Of a stretch of 64,000 nt of DNA, positions 19,740 to 30,329 are shown in pieces; positions within the stretch are counted from its first letter, which is position 1; each line of letters begins with the position of its first letter. The stretch is taken from assembly GCA_040389905.1 (NCBI GenBank), contig JAZJZK010000053.1, positions 1 to 64,000 of the forward strand. The letters are read 5' to 3'. This DNA is from Gemmatimonadota bacterium. GTDB taxonomy: Bacteria; Gemmatimonadota; Gemmatimonadetes; Gemmatimonadales; Gemmatimonadaceae. The position numbers were made by a program, and so were the translations under genes. The notes beneath the pieces were generated by a model that saw only the letters and a list, made by a program, of their open reading frames with translations, was not told the DNA's origin and ran no database searches.

Positions 19740-20789
19740 TTAGTTGCGCATCAACCGCACGCTTCCCGATCCCGCCTCGATCTTGATCCGGCCCTTGCCC
19801 GCGCCGATCGTCCCGCGAAGGGCGTGACGCTCGATCCGCGCGACCTTCACTTCGAAATCGGAGTTGATTCCGCCGCTCCCGGTTTCGATGTCGACCGACG
19901 CGCTCGTTGTCGCGGGCATGCGCAGGGTGACGCCGCCGGAGCCGGCCTCGATGTCGACGTCATCCGGAGCCGTGAGCATTTCGATATCGCTGGTTCCGCT
20001 GCCAGCGTCGAGCCGGAAACGCGGCGCCTTCACGCCGGAAAGACGCACACCGCCCGAGCCGACGTCGGCCTTGATGTCCGTGAACTCGAGCGACCGGCCA
20101 CGGAGCGATCCGGAGCCAATATCCAGATTGAGCGTCCCGCCGCGAAGACCGTCGAGCGTCGCCCCGCCAGAACCACAGTCCACTTTGACGTCGCCCTGGA
20201 TGTCGACCAGATCCGCGCCACCCGAACCCGCGTCGACATTCAGCGAGCCTTTCACGTGCGAAACGCGAACGCCGGAGGCGGAGACATCGACGTCGATCTG
20301 GCCCTCGACGTTGTCGATCGTCGTTTCGCCAACGCCCTGACGCAGGAAGATCGACTTACCCTTCGGCACGATGACGTGCAGGTCGGCGTACGCATCCAGC
20401 CCGTCACCCCGACTGGTGACTTCGATACGGCGACGGCTGCGATCATCCCATCGTCCATTGCTGTCGCCGAAAGTGCCGTCCTCGTCGATCGTGATTTGCG
20501 TGCGGCCGTTCCAACGCATGTCGCGGTAGTAGATCCGGTCCTCCGGATAGGTGACCCGGAGTGCCATCCGTCCACGGACATTGCCCGTCTCGAGCTTGAG
20601 GCGTCCGGCATCTCGGCCACCTCGCGTGACCTCGACGATGACGCGGTCTCCGGTGCCCCCCTCGACGCGGAGCTTGCCGACAAGATTGTAGATGGCGATT
20701 TCATGCCCGTCGAGCGTGACGCGCTCGGGTTGCTGGGCAGCGAGTGCCGCCGGGATCGCGATCAGGAGCGCTGCGCGAGTGAAGTGCAT
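19740..20789 (-). CDS. Secreted DUF4097/adhesin-like beta-strand repeat protein
   Basis: Signal peptide; repeated 'xDxGSGGx' units. Confidence 0.85.
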   Translation of the reverse strand: MHFTRAALLIAIPAALAAQQPERVTLDGHEIAIYNLVGKLRVEGGTGDRVIVEVTRGGRDAGRLKLETGNVRGRMALRVTYPEDRIYYRDMRWNGRTQITIDEDGTFGDSNGRWDDRSRRRIEVTSRGDGLDAYADLHVIVPKGKSIFLRQGVGETTIDNVEGQIDVDVSASGVRVSHVKGSLNVDAGSGGADLVDIQGDVKVDCGSGGATLDGLRGGTLNLDIGSGSLRGRSLEFTDIKADVGSGGVRLSGVKAPRFRLDAGSGTSDIEMLTAPDDVDIEAGSGGVTLRMPATTSASVDIETGSGGINSDFEVKVARIERHALRGTIGAGKGRIKIEAGSGSVRLMRN

Positions 20790-20960
20790 TGGGACCTCGG
20801 TGGGGTGAACAGTCCGGTGCCTCAGGGGAGACGCCAACACTGGGACACCCGGGTCCGTCGGGAGGTTTGAAGGGAACATCGTGAGGTCGAGCGAAACACC
20901 GGTCTGGACGAAGCGGCGCTCTTTTGCCATCCTATGGCCGTACCTAAAACGGGTGGCGCA

Positions 20961-21881
20961 ATGAATCGCTGGCTCAAGGGAATTGGCTACGTCGTGGGAG
21001 GCCTGTTAGGGCTCGTGCTCGTCACCGCCGCGGGCATCTACGGCTTTTCCGAGGCACGCTACCGCAAGCAGTACACGGTGACGCCACGGGCGGTTGCGGT
21101 TCCGACTGACTCCGCATCCGTCGCGCGAGGCGAACACCTGGTACAGACGATCGCGGCATGCGTCGACTGTCACGGTGAGAATCTCGGCGGCAAGGTGGTC
21201 TTCGATGCGCCAGCGTTCGGTCGCGTGTACGCGCTGAACCTGACCCGTGGAAAGGGCGGCGTCGGCGGGACGCTGACTGACGCGGATTTCGTGCGCGCTA
21301 TCCGACACGGGATTGCACCAACCGGCCGAGCACTCAAGGTCATGCCGTCGAGCGACTACATGAATCTCAGCGATGCGGATCTCGGCGCGATCATCGCGTA
21401 TGTGAAGTCCCGCCCGCCGGTCGACAATGAAGTGCCCTCCGTAATGATCGGACCCATTGGTCGAGCGTTGATGGTCGCAGGCAAGTTGCCCATCCTCGAA
21501 GCAGAGAGCATCGATCACGAAAAGCTGCAGGTCGCATCGGTGACGCCTGCGCCCACCGCGGGGTACGGTGCCTACCTGGCGAGCATCGGGTGCAAGGGCT
21601 GCCATGGTCCGACCTTGGCGGGTGGACCAATTCTCGGTGGCGATCCCTCGTGGCCACCCGCGGCGAATCTCACCCCGTCCGGATCGACGAAAGATTGGAG
21701 CGAGGACGACTTCCGGAAACTGCTCCGCGAAGGCAAGCGGCCGAATGGACTCACGGTCAATGCGGCGATGCCATTTCGCATTTTCGGCAAGCTGACGGAC
21801 GAGGAAATCCACGCGATTTTCCTCTACCTGCGCAGCATTGCACCGCAGGCCACACCAGGGGTGGTGACGGCGTCGAAGTAG
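20961..21881 (+). CDS. Membrane-anchored diheme c-type cytochrome
   Basis: CVDCH and CKGCH, each followed by an 'NLT' motif and a distal 'MP'; N-terminal TM. Confidence 0.92.
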   Translation: MNRWLKGIGYVVGGLLGLVLVTAAGIYGFSEARYRKQYTVTPRAVAVPTDSASVARGEHLVQTIAACVDCHGENLGGKVVFDAPAFGRVYALNLTRGKGGVGGTLTDADFVRAIRHGIAPTGRALKVMPSSDYMNLSDADLGAIIAYVKSRPPVDNEVPSVMIGPIGRALMVAGKLPILEAESIDHEKLQVASVTPAPTAGYGAYLASIGCKGCHGPTLAGGPILGGDPSWPPAANLTPSGSTKDWSEDDFRKLLREGKRPNGLTVNAAMPFRIFGKLTDEEIHAIFLYLRSIAPQATPGVVTASK

Positions 21882-21886
21882 CCTGC

Positions 21887-22690
21887 CTACTTCACATGCT
21901 CGATCGCCCACGTCCAGTAGATCACGTCCTCAGCGGACATCTCACCTCGCGGTGATAACCGCGCGTCGGCGTATCCGTACTGGCCGATGTCCACGAGGTA
22001 CTGCCCACGACTGACAAGTGTGCCCTGGCACACGCGATCCGTGGGTGGCGCCGCGCGCAGGGCGGCGTGGCGTGCTGCGAAATCGCCCAGCACGTCGACC
22101 GGCAACAGCGCGGCGTCACTCGGATAGATGAAGGTGAAGTAGACGAGGTACGAGTACAGCAGCGGCCACTGCGCGCCAAAGCGATCGATGAGCCGGTGCC
22201 ACTCCAGCACGTTCGCGCGCGAGCGAAGAATGTGCATGATGTCCGCGCCGTCGAATCGCTCGCGTTCCATGACGAAGGCCTTCTGCCAGATCAGCTCCTC
22301 CGCCGGCACGATCTTGACCGGCATGCCGAGTACCTCCGTCTCGATCGCGTGGTCGAACCAGCCGTCGTCGATTGCACACAGGCCGTTACCAGAGCTGAAC
22401 ACGAGATCGACGAAGTCTTCGTGCTGCCATGCCTTGGCGAGCCAGTGGTGGAACGTCAGTTCCGTCCGATAGCCCGCACCACGCAGCGCGTCCATCGCTC
22501 GCTCCACGTCGACGGCACGGAGGAACAGGTCGAAGTCCTTCGTGTTGCGAACGATCCCCGTGTACTCGAGAAATGCGTGCGATCCGCCAACGAGAAAGGG
22601 CACGGCCGCGTCGCTCAGGACGTGCAACGTTCTGCGATAGAAGTTGTTGGTGTCCTGTGCAGACGCATCGAGCGTGGACTGGCCGGTCAT
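21887..22690 (-). CDS. Pol-beta-superfamily nucleotidyltransferase of unknown substrate
   Basis: 'PFLVGGSHA...RNTKDFDLF' (GG/S + DxD) and a third Asp in 'FVDLVF'. Confidence 0.85.
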   Translation of the reverse strand: MTGQSTLDASAQDTNNFYRRTLHVLSDAAVPFLVGGSHAFLEYTGIVRNTKDFDLFLRAVDVERAMDALRGAGYRTELTFHHWLAKAWQHEDFVDLVFSSGNGLCAIDDGWFDHAIETEVLGMPVKIVPAEELIWQKAFVMERERFDGADIMHILRSRANVLEWHRLIDRFGAQWPLLYSYLVYFTFIYPSDAALLPVDVLGDFAARHAALRAAPPTDRVCQGTLVSRGQYLVDIGQYGYADARLSPRGEMSAEDVIYWTWAIEHVK

Positions 22691-22792
22691 GCGCCGGACG
22701 GGTTGCAAGAGTAGGGCTAGCGTCAGGCGCCCGCCGCCGGGAGCGCTGGCCCGAAACCTTCAGTGAGGAGCACGAACCCTTCACCCACCCAC

Positions 22793-23596
22793 ATGGCATC
22801 GAGTGACATCGTGCGCGTCGCGGCCGTCAGCGACGTCCACTACGGAAAAACGTCTCAGGGCACCCTGCAGTCCCTGTTCGCCCAGATTTCCGAGAATGCG
22901 GACATCTTCGTGCTCCCGGGCGACCTGACCGACTATGGGTTACCTGAGGAAGCCCGCGTGCTCGTGCGCGATCTGACTGCTACGCTCCGCATACCCGTCG
23001 TTGCTGTGCTTGGCAATCACGACTACGAGAGCGACCAGGCGGACGAAGTCCGCGCGATCCTGCGAGACGCCGGCATCCATGTGCTCGATGGCGACGCGGT
23101 CGAGTTGCTCGGCATCGGCTTCGCAGGTGTCAAGGGCTTCGCCGGGGGATTCGGGCGGGGCGCACTCGGCCCATGGGGCGAGCAGTCGATCAAGATGTTC
23201 GTGCAGGAAGCCGTTCAGGAGGCCCTGAAGCTCGAGTCGGCGCTCGCCCGCCTGACGACGGCCAGCCGCATCGCGCTCCTGCACTACGCGCCGATTCACG
23301 AGACACTCGTCGGCGAACCGATCGAGATCTTCCCGTGGTTGGGGTCGAGCCGGCTCGAGGAACCGCTGACGCGATACGAAGTGAGCGCGGTCTTTCACGG
23401 CCATGCGCACAAAGGTTCCCCGGAGGGACGAACCAGCACAGGCATTCCCGTCTACAATGTCTCGCTGTCCGTGCTGAAGGAGCACTTTCCGGATCAACCT
23501 CCTTACCGAATCTTCGAGGTGTCACGTTCGGCGGAGGCGCCAGTGAATCGGCGCCATCTGGGGCGCCGAGTCACGGATCGCGCGGCGTCGCCGTGA
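22793..23596 (+). CDS. Calcineurin-like metallophosphoesterase
   Basis: DxH (SDVH), GDLTD, GNHD, LLHY and HGHAH motifs. Confidence 0.92.
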   Translation: MASSDIVRVAAVSDVHYGKTSQGTLQSLFAQISENADIFVLPGDLTDYGLPEEARVLVRDLTATLRIPVVAVLGNHDYESDQADEVRAILRDAGIHVLDGDAVELLGIGFAGVKGFAGGFGRGALGPWGEQSIKMFVQEAVQEALKLESALARLTTASRIALLHYAPIHETLVGEPIEIFPWLGSSRLEEPLTRYEVSAVFHGHAHKGSPEGRTSTGIPVYNVSLSVLKEHFPDQPPYRIFEVSRSAEAPVNRRHLGRRVTDRAASP

Positions 23597-23610
23597 AAAC
23601 CGAGAACAAG

Positions 23611-23676
23611 CAGGTGCGGGCCTTTCGCCACGCTCAGGGCGACAAAACGAGCGGCACGGCGTTCAAGGCGACAACG
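23611..23676. repeat. Partial REP-like element plus a degenerate second half
   Basis: GTGCGGGCCTTTCGCCACGCTCAGGGCGACAAAACGAGCG matches the right arm of the 33274-33388 copy. Confidence 0.75.
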
Positions 23677-24475
23677 CGAGCGGCGTGCTGGTGGGATCCG
23701 TAATCGCCGGAAGCTGCTCCTCGATGCGTGCTGCTTCCCGCTCTGGAATAACGTCGGCAAAGCGTCGGAAATCGCCCTCGAGTGAGTGCCGCCCTCGCGG
23801 GATCACGAGCGCCGCAATCGCGTCCATGAGACTGCCATCCGTGACGCGGTAATCGATGGCAACGCTCACGCATGTCTGACCATCTTCGGGACTGAACCGC
23901 ATGATGCCGCTGGTGATCACGGGCGAACCAGGCACGCTGCGCCACCCGATCACCGAGTTCGTGACGAACTTTGTCGTCACCGCATCCCACTCGATTTCAC
24001 CACCACTTGGTGTTGACGCGCACCAATGCGAGCGGCCGTCACTGTTGTCGCGTACCTCCCGAAGCGAGCCGATGAAACGCGGAAAATTCTCGAAGTCCGC
24101 GCAAAAAGCGAACACCTGCTCCACCGGCCGCCCGACGACGAAGGAGAAGCGAAGACTCGCGGAGCGGCGCCTTGTGCCTGCCTTGCGGACGGCCCGCTCA
24201 ATCGGTTTCCGCGCGGCGACGCCAATGAGAAGCCAACCCAGCAGTGTCGATGCCACCCGCGCGCTGCCGCGCTGCGGCCGTGTGGCCAGGATGAGTCCGC
24301 CCGTCAGTCCAGCCGCCACGGACAACGGGTCAAACGAACGAGCGGGCCGAAGAGCGGATTGATCAGTCATGCGTCGGCCTACGCGCAATTGGAGTGCCGC
24401 TCGTTTTTTCGCCCTGAGCTCGAGCGAAGTCCTGCACTCGGTTTCGATGGTTTTGGAAATGGTTGCACCGCTCAT
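23663..24475 (-). CDS. SRPBCC / polyketide cyclase-like protein (start uncertain)
   Basis: 'RPVEQVFAFCADFENFPRFI', 'SHW', 'IEWDA', 'IGWRS'. Confidence 0.85.
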   Translation of the reverse strand: MSGATISKTIETECRTSLELRAKKRAALQLRVGRRMTDQSALRPARSFDPLSVAAGLTGGLILATRPQRGSARVASTLLGWLLIGVAARKPIERAVRKAGTRRRSASLRFSFVVGRPVEQVFAFCADFENFPRFIGSLREVRDNSDGRSHWCASTPSGGEIEWDAVTTKFVTNSVIGWRSVPGSPVITSGIMRFSPEDGQTCVSVAIDYRVTDGSLMDAIAALVIPRGRHSLEGDFRRFADVIPEREAARIEEQLPAITDPTSTPLALSP

Positions 24476-24488
24476 CAGAGCTTCGCTT

Positions 24489-24610
24489 CAGGTGCTCAGT
24501 GATCAGCCACGGCTGACAGAGCCTCAGGGGGTGTGGCGCTCGAGTTGCGATGCACCCAATCGCCACACCCCCTGTGACTCTGTTGGCTGCAGCTGGCTAC
24601 TGAGCACCTG
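24489..24610. repeat. Ungapped inverted repeat with 50-bp arms and a 22-nt loop
   Basis: 24489-24538 versus the reverse complement of 24561-24610: 40/50 identical by manual alignment. Confidence 0.9.
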
Positions 24611-24680
24611 TCACAGCTGATGTCCGGCGAAGTGGAGCCAACTACGTAGAGAAGTTCGAGCGCGGGGTGTGCAACGACGG

Positions 24681-25808
24681 CTATAAGCGTGCGAACGCAG
24701 CCTGCGCGCGTGCCAGCGCCTCATCCGTCGAACCGCCGATGGCCGCGATGTGCCCCATCTTCCGCCCTGCGCGTGCACCGGACTTCCCGTAGAGAAAAAG
24801 CCGAGTGCCCTCGATCTCGAGTGCCTTGGCGAACGACGGAATTCGTCCGTCGAGCCAAAGGTCACCGAAAAGATTGACGATCGCCGCAGGCCGAATGGGC
24901 TCGGTGGCGCCAAGGGGGAGGTCACACACCGCACGAACGAGTTGCTCGAACTGGCTCGTCGGGCAGGCGAGTTCCGTCGCGTGAAACGAGTTGTGTGGAC
25001 GCGGCGCCAATTCGTTCACCAGCAGGCGGCCGTCTTGGAGCACGAACATCTCCACCGCGAGAATGCCTTCGAGCTCGAACGCACCCGCGATTTCGAGCGC
25101 GATCTCCCGCGCTTGCGCCAACAGCGTTGGTGGGAGCTCGCCCGGCATTACGCTCCACGCAAGGATTTGCTGCTCGTGATGATTGATCGCGGGCGGATAG
25201 ACGACCATGTCGCCCGAGGGCCGTCGCGCCACGAGCACACTCAGCTCGAACGCGAGTGACAACCCCTGCTCGGCGACGGAGCGCCGGTGGCCAAGCGACG
25301 CTATCGCATCATCCACATCTGTCGAAGCGGATGTCCGTAGCTGCGACCGGCCATCGTAACCGCCCTCGCACGCCTTCACGAACAGTTCGGATCCGAGCGT
25401 TGCCATGGCACTCGCGAGCATCGCCGGGGTTTCGACGACGGCGTACGGTCCGATGGGCACGCCGAGCTTCGATAACCATTCCTTCTGACGCGCGCGGTCG
25501 CGCACGATCCCAAGCACGAATGGACTCGGACGCACCGGCGCGTGCCGTTCCGCTGCGGCGAGCGCGGCACCACCGATCTGCTCGATCTCAAGCGTAATGA
25601 CGCTGCATTCACGTGCGAGCGACTCGGCGCCCGCTGCATCGTCGAAGCTGGCCACGACCATTCGATCGGCGACGGGTCTCGCGGCACAATCGGCGCTGGG
25701 GTCGAGCACCTGGACGCCGAAGCCGAGATTCCTCGCCGCAAGGGCGGTCATCCGCCCAAGCTGGCCGCCACCGAGGATACCGACGGTGGCGGGCGGAGAG
25801 ATCGACAT
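24681..25808 (-). CDS. purK: N5-CAIR synthase
   Basis: 'VGILGGGQLGRM', 'GGYDGR', 'NELAPRPHNS', 'SQFEQ', 'GRKMGH'. Confidence 0.96.
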   Translation of the reverse strand: MSISPPATVGILGGGQLGRMTALAARNLGFGVQVLDPSADCAARPVADRMVVASFDDAAGAESLARECSVITLEIEQIGGAALAAAERHAPVRPSPFVLGIVRDRARQKEWLSKLGVPIGPYAVVETPAMLASAMATLGSELFVKACEGGYDGRSQLRTSASTDVDDAIASLGHRRSVAEQGLSLAFELSVLVARRPSGDMVVYPPAINHHEQQILAWSVMPGELPPTLLAQAREIALEIAGAFELEGILAVEMFVLQDGRLLVNELAPRPHNSFHATELACPTSQFEQLVRAVCDLPLGATEPIRPAAIVNLFGDLWLDGRIPSFAKALEIEGTRLFLYGKSGARAGRKMGHIAAIGGSTDEALARAQAAFARL

Positions 25809-26332
25809 CAAGCGTGCGGGTGAGACAGATCGGCGTCGTCGAGCACCGCGGCCTCGCGCGCCGCACGCCATGCGCGCAGTCGCTCTCGAAGCGCGGGCCG
25901 CGAAATCGCCAGCATTGCGGCGGCAAGCAGCGCGGCATTGGCCGCACCGGGCTCACCAATCGCCAAGGTGCCAACGGGAACGCCTTTCGGCATCTGGACG
26001 ATCGAGAGCAGGGCGTCGACGCCATTCAGAGCGGTCGCGGGGATGGGCACGCCAAGCACGGGCAGGATCGTGAACGCCGCCACCATGCCGGGCAGGTGCG
26101 CGGCACCGCCAGCCGCCGCGATGATGATCTCGATCCCTCGGCCCTCCGCCGCCATGGCGTACTCGCGCATCCAGTTCGGCGTCCGGTGCGCCGATACGAC
26201 CTTGGCTTCGTGCGGGATCTGCAACTCGCTCAACATCTCGAGCGCAGCGGACATGACCTTGAGGTCGCTGCGGCTGCCCATGATCACGCCCACCAGGGGC
26301 GGGACGGACGTCGAATCGTGAGCTGAGGGCAT
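25808..26332 (-). CDS. purE: N5-CAIR mutase
   Basis: 'IMGSRSD', 'VSAHRTP', 'AGGAAHLPG', '[11 protein letters not shown]'; TGATG coupling to purK. Confidence 0.97.
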   Translation of the reverse strand: MPSAHDSTSVPPLVGVIMGSRSDLKVMSAALEMLSELQIPHEAKVVSAHRTPNWMREYAMAAEGRGIEIIIAAAGGAAHLPGMVAAFTILPVLGVPIPATALNGVDALLSIVQMPKGVPVGTLAIGEPGAANAALLAAAMLAISRPALRERLRAWRAAREAAVLDDADLSHPHA

Positions 26333-26490
26333 GCGCGCTGGGAAAAAGTCGTCGGAGCAGTGGCGCGAAAGATAGTGCGACTGGCGAGATGAAGGCCACC
26401 GCGACTCATCATGTCGCATGAAGCCCCGCAAACTGCTACCATTCCTGCTGGCGGGCGATGCTGCCCCCGTCTTCCGCACTCGCCCCGTCC

Positions 26491-27621
26491 ATGCCCTCTC
26501 CGTCTCGTCGGCAGTCATCAGCCGCCTGTGCGTTCGCGCTCGTCATCTTCTCGCTCGTTCTGTCGAGCTGCTCCCGCCGCGCGGCGGGAGGTGACGAGAT
26601 CGGTATTGCGGTTGCGCTCGATCCGCATCGCGCAGGAATGCAGACGATCTACAATGGCGTGCAACTCGCCGTGGATCAACTGAATCAGCAGCGCAACGGG
26701 AAGGCACCGCTGCGCATGATCAAGGGTGCGCCCGATGTCAGCGATCCAATCCGCATCGCGGAAACGTTCCGCGACAATCCGGCGGTCGTTGGCGTCGTCG
26801 GACATCCGGAGAGTGGCACGACACTCGATGCGATCGGTGAATACGCCGACACGAAGAACGGGGGCCGCAATGGCGTCGTCGCCATTTCGCCGACGGGAAC
26901 CAGTCCGGGGCTCACGGGCGCGAACAGGTGGCTCTTCCGCGTCTGCCCGAGCGACGTCCAGACGAGTCGCACGATGGCCCGTTACCTTCTGGACTCATTG
27001 AAGGCGATGCGTGCGAGCGTGATCTACCGCAACGACGCGTACGGGAAGGATTGGTCGAAGTCCTTTACCGACGCATATCGCGAAGGTCGCGGAACCGTTG
27101 TCGAGCGAGATCCCTACCTCGCCGGCGTCACGCCGTGGGACGCGTACGCGGCCTACATCAAGAAGCTCAATCCCGACGTCATCCTCTTTCCGGGCAGTAC
27201 GGAAGATGCCGTCCTGCTCCTGCGAGCAATGCGTGCGGTCGGTGTTGCTACGCCACTGGTTGGCGGCGACGCGACCTCTGGCCTCGAGGCGAACGCCGCG
27301 GAGTTCCCGACGGCGCGCTACGCCGCCTTTTTCCTGGCGCGTCGTGCCACCAGCCCCGAAGCGAAAGCGTTCATCACCGCGTACCGTGCCGCATACAAGG
27401 AAGATCCCGATCAACGCGCGGCATTGGCGTACGATGCCGCGATGTTGATCGGACGCGCGGCACTGGAGGTGGGTGCCGATCGCGCCGCCATTCGCGATTA
27501 CATCGAGTCGATCGACGGCACGCGTCGCCCGGCGGTGGCCGGTGTTGCCGGACCGATCGCCTTCGACGCGAAACATGACGCCATCAACAAACCGGTGGTC
27601 GTAGCGCAGGTCGGCAAATGA
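26491..27621 (+). CDS. LivJ/LivK-like (type I) substrate-binding lipoprotein
   Basis: LSSC lipobox; 'VVGVVGH', 'WLFRVCPSD', 'NDAYG', 'ALAYDA', 'GVAGPIAFD'. Confidence 0.9.
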   Translation: MPSPSRRQSSAACAFALVIFSLVLSSCSRRAAGGDEIGIAVALDPHRAGMQTIYNGVQLAVDQLNQQRNGKAPLRMIKGAPDVSDPIRIAETFRDNPAVVGVVGHPESGTTLDAIGEYADTKNGGRNGVVAISPTGTSPGLTGANRWLFRVCPSDVQTSRTMARYLLDSLKAMRASVIYRNDAYGKDWSKSFTDAYREGRGTVVERDPYLAGVTPWDAYAAYIKKLNPDVILFPGSTEDAVLLLRAMRAVGVATPLVGGDATSGLEANAAEFPTARYAAFFLARRATSPEAKAFITAYRAAYKEDPDQRAALAYDAAMLIGRAALEVGADRAAIRDYIESIDGTRRPAVAGVAGPIAFDAKHDAINKPVVVAQVGK

Positions 27622-29324
27622 TGAGTTTGAACACGATTCGCGGCCGCCTTCAGGCCGGCTTCGGCGTTACGATACTGCTGATTCTCGTGGCTGGTGTGCT
27701 GGCGGGCTACGGCCTGCTCCGCGCCGGTGCGCGTAACGAAGCGGTCGTCGCCGAAATGCGCGTGCAGCAGGAAACGATGCAGCAGGTCGCCTTCCGCATC
27801 CTGCGCGAGACGGCCGCCGGCATGCGCTATCTCAATACGGGCAATGCGTCGGACGAGAGTCGCTACAACGCGCTCGCCGACGAGGCGGACCGGCTGCGCC
27901 GCGAAGCGATCAAGCAGGACGTGATCACCGGGAGCGAGCGACAGAAGCTCAAGGATCTGGGCACGCTTCAGGCGACTGTCGAGGCAGGCATCGGAGCCGC
28001 GCATGCCTATGACGCGGTCGGTCGCAACGCGGATGCAACGGCCATTCTCGGGAAAACGTCGTCGGCACTCGACGAAGTGGACCGCACGCTCGAGTCACTT
28101 CGGCAGGAAGGCGCGCGGCAATTGAGCGATCGCCAGCACGAGGCCTCGTCGCTCCTGCAGCGGAATCTCTATCTCCTGGGACTCGTCGTGTTCGCCGCGC
28201 TGGTCGTCGGCATCGTGTCCAGCGTGACCACGTCGCGCGCCGTCACTCGGCCGCTGGCTGCGCTGACGCGCGATCTGCTCGCGATTGGTCGCGGCGACCT
28301 GCGTCGCAGTGATCTCCAGCGGGAGGTCAAGGGTGCGGCGGAATACGAAGCATTGGCGAGCGCGTTCGATCAGGCGCGCGAACGGCTGCGCGGTTTGGTG
28401 GCGGAGATGAAGCGCCAGTCGGACGACGTTGCCGGTGCCGCCGCAGAACTCGCGGAAGCAGCGGGTGGTGCGTCGGGAAGCACGCAGCATGTCGCGACGG
28501 CCGTCACCGAAATGGCGCATGGGGCGGGACAGCAGCTCGACGTGCTCACCGGTGCCGGCAGTGCCGTCACGCAACTCGCCGCTTCCGGCCGGACGATTGG
28601 CGAAGCGGTGAAGGAGAGCCAGGCACGCGGCCGCGAGATTCGCGTCTCCGCAACGAGTACTGCCTTGGAAATCGGCAAGGCGGTGGACACGCTGCTCGCG
28701 GCTCGTGAAGTGTTCGACCGCAGCGCCAGGGAAATCAACTCGCTGCGTGAGTCACTTGGCGTGGTAGACGAATTCGCGACGACGATCTCCGAGATTGCGT
28801 CGCAGACCAACCTGCTCGCGCTCAACGCGGCCATCGAAGCCGCGCGCGCGGGCGACGCCGGTCGTGGTTTTGCCGTTGTTGCCGAGGAAGTGCGCAAGCT
28901 TGCCGAGCAGAGCTCGCGCGCGGCGCACGAGGTGACGGCGAATGTCGGCCGTATCCGCGAAGGCGTGCTCGGTACGTCGCGCGCTGTCGAGAGCGGCACG
29001 ACGCAAATGAAGGACGTGAGCAAGGTGGCCGATTCAGCACGGCTCGCCCTCTCGCAGATTCAGGCGGCGGTGGAGCGCGTCGAGGATGCGTCCAACCGTG
29101 TATCCGAGGCGGTGAGTGGCAATGCCAGCGCCATCGCACTCGTCGAGGATGCGATCGCCAAGGCCGGCGATACGGCGCAGAGCCATGCGGCGTCTGCAGA
29201 GGAGGTTGCGGCGGCAACAGAAGAGACGTCGGCGTCGGTCGAGGAACTCGAGGCGACGAGTCACATGCTCAACGATTCGGCGCGTCGCGTTCGTGAGAAA
29301 GTAAATGAGTTTGTGGTGGAGTAG
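27618..29324 (+). CDS. Methyl-accepting chemotaxis protein (2 TM, helical periplasmic domain, HAMP)
   Basis: '[40 protein letters not shown]'. Confidence 0.96.
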   Translation: MMSLNTIRGRLQAGFGVTILLILVAGVLAGYGLLRAGARNEAVVAEMRVQQETMQQVAFRILRETAAGMRYLNTGNASDESRYNALADEADRLRREAIKQDVITGSERQKLKDLGTLQATVEAGIGAAHAYDAVGRNADATAILGKTSSALDEVDRTLESLRQEGARQLSDRQHEASSLLQRNLYLLGLVVFAALVVGIVSSVTTSRAVTRPLAALTRDLLAIGRGDLRRSDLQREVKGAAEYEALASAFDQARERLRGLVAEMKRQSDDVAGAAAELAEAAGGASGSTQHVATAVTEMAHGAGQQLDVLTGAGSAVTQLAASGRTIGEAVKESQARGREIRVSATSTALEIGKAVDTLLAAREVFDRSAREINSLRESLGVVDEFATTISEIASQTNLLALNAAIEAARAGDAGRGFAVVAEEVRKLAEQSSRAAHEVTANVGRIREGVLGTSRAVESGTTQMKDVSKVADSARLALSQIQAAVERVEDASNRVSEAVSGNASAIALVEDAIAKAGDTAQSHAASAEEVAAATEETSASVEELEATSHMLNDSARRVREKVNEFVVE

Positions 29325-30024
29325 CGCTCGATTTCTGTTGCTCGGCGTACTGTGCGCGCGAGCAGTGGGCGCGCAGGCCGCCGTGGACTCGACGCACGGG
29401 AACGTGTACGGCATCATCACTGACTCGACGGCGCGGGGCATTGCAGGTGCGACGGTGGGGATCGTCGGTGCTGAGAGTGACGCGATCACGGACGAACGTG
29501 GCCGTTTCTCCTTCGCCGGCGTCCCCATTGGACAACGGATGCTGCACGTTCGCGCGATCGGGTACTTACAACGCCTCGTTGCGATCGAGGTGACGGGCGC
29601 GGAAACCGTGGATGGCTCGGTCGTGCTCCAGCGCCTCGGGCAACTCCTCGACACCATGCGCGTCGTCGCGCGGTCGCCGTATGACAAGCCGGCGCGCCTC
29701 AACTACACGACCAAGTACGACGACTTCTATCAGCGCCGTCGCGTTGGATCGGGAGCGTACTACACGCGGGAGCAACTGGACGCGTTCGAAGGCATGCGGA
29801 CCGCGAGTGACATCGTGGAGCGCATCCCGTTTCTCGTGCAGAAGGGGAACAGTACGGGGAACCGGTGTCCGGCGCCGCGACTCTTCGTCGATGGGCTTCC
29901 GGCGAATGGCGATGTGCTGACGTTCTTGCGAGCGACGGATGTCGAGGCGGTCGAGTACTACCGCGGCGTCTCGAATGGCGCGTTGGGAGTCGCAGGGTGT
30001 TCGCTCTACGTGTGGACGCGCTGA
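29305..30024 (+). CDS. Secreted protein with a CarboxypepD_reg-like domain and a plug-like C-terminus
   Basis: Signal peptide; '[11 protein letters not shown]', 'VRAIGY'; 'LFVDG...VEAVEYYRG...YVWTR'. Confidence 0.75.
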   Translation: MSLWWSSARFLLLGVLCARAVGAQAAVDSTHGNVYGIITDSTARGIAGATVGIVGAESDAITDERGRFSFAGVPIGQRMLHVRAIGYLQRLVAIEVTGAETVDGSVVLQRLGQLLDTMRVVARSPYDKPARLNYTTKYDDFYQRRRVGSGAYYTREQLDAFEGMRTASDIVERIPFLVQKGNSTGNRCPAPRLFVDGLPANGDVLTFLRATDVEAVEYYRGVSNGALGVAGCSLYVWTR

Positions 30025-30160
30025 GACCGATGGGTGTTGCGCGTTGGACGAATTATCTCGCGTTCTCAAGCCACAATGACCCAGTTTTCGTAGCGATGCA
30101 CCCTGGGTCGGTGGGGCCGGCAGTGGCGCCACGGAAATGACCAACGCGGGCAACTGGCTG

Positions 30161-30190
30161 GAAAAGAAAAAGACCGCTCATCGCGGCCTT
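30161..30190 (-). terminator. Intrinsic terminator downstream of tRNA-Asn
   Basis: Minus strand AAGGCCGC-GATGA-GCGGTCTT followed by TTTCTTTTC. Confidence 0.8.
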
Positions 30191-30199
30191 CTTCCTAAG

Positions 30200-30273
30200 C
30201 TCCCCAGGTAGGACTTGAACCTACGACCCTTCGATTAACAGTCGAATGCTCTGACCAACTGAGCTACTGGGGA
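30200..30273 (-). tRNA. tRNA-Asn(GUU), CCA not encoded
   Basis: TCCCCAG-TAGCTCAGTTGGTCAGAGC-A-TTCGA-CTGTTAA-TCGAA-GGGTC-GTAGGTTCAAGTCCTAC-CTGGGGA-G. Confidence 0.97.
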
Positions 30274-30296
30274 ATGTGTTCTGCTACAGACACTCA

Positions 30297-30324
30297 AATT
30301 TAGTGGACCCCTGAGCGAAGTCAA
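30297..30324 (-). promoter_or_regulatory. Sigma70-type promoter for tRNA-Asn
   Basis: Minus strand TTGACT-N16-TAAATT just upstream of the tRNA. Confidence 0.7.
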
Positions 30325-30329
30325 TCGGC

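Noticed and set aside
30200..30273. tRNA-Asn or tRNA-Lys as an integration site of a genomic island
   Set aside because: No integrase and no duplicated tRNA 3' end seen; flanking genes look native
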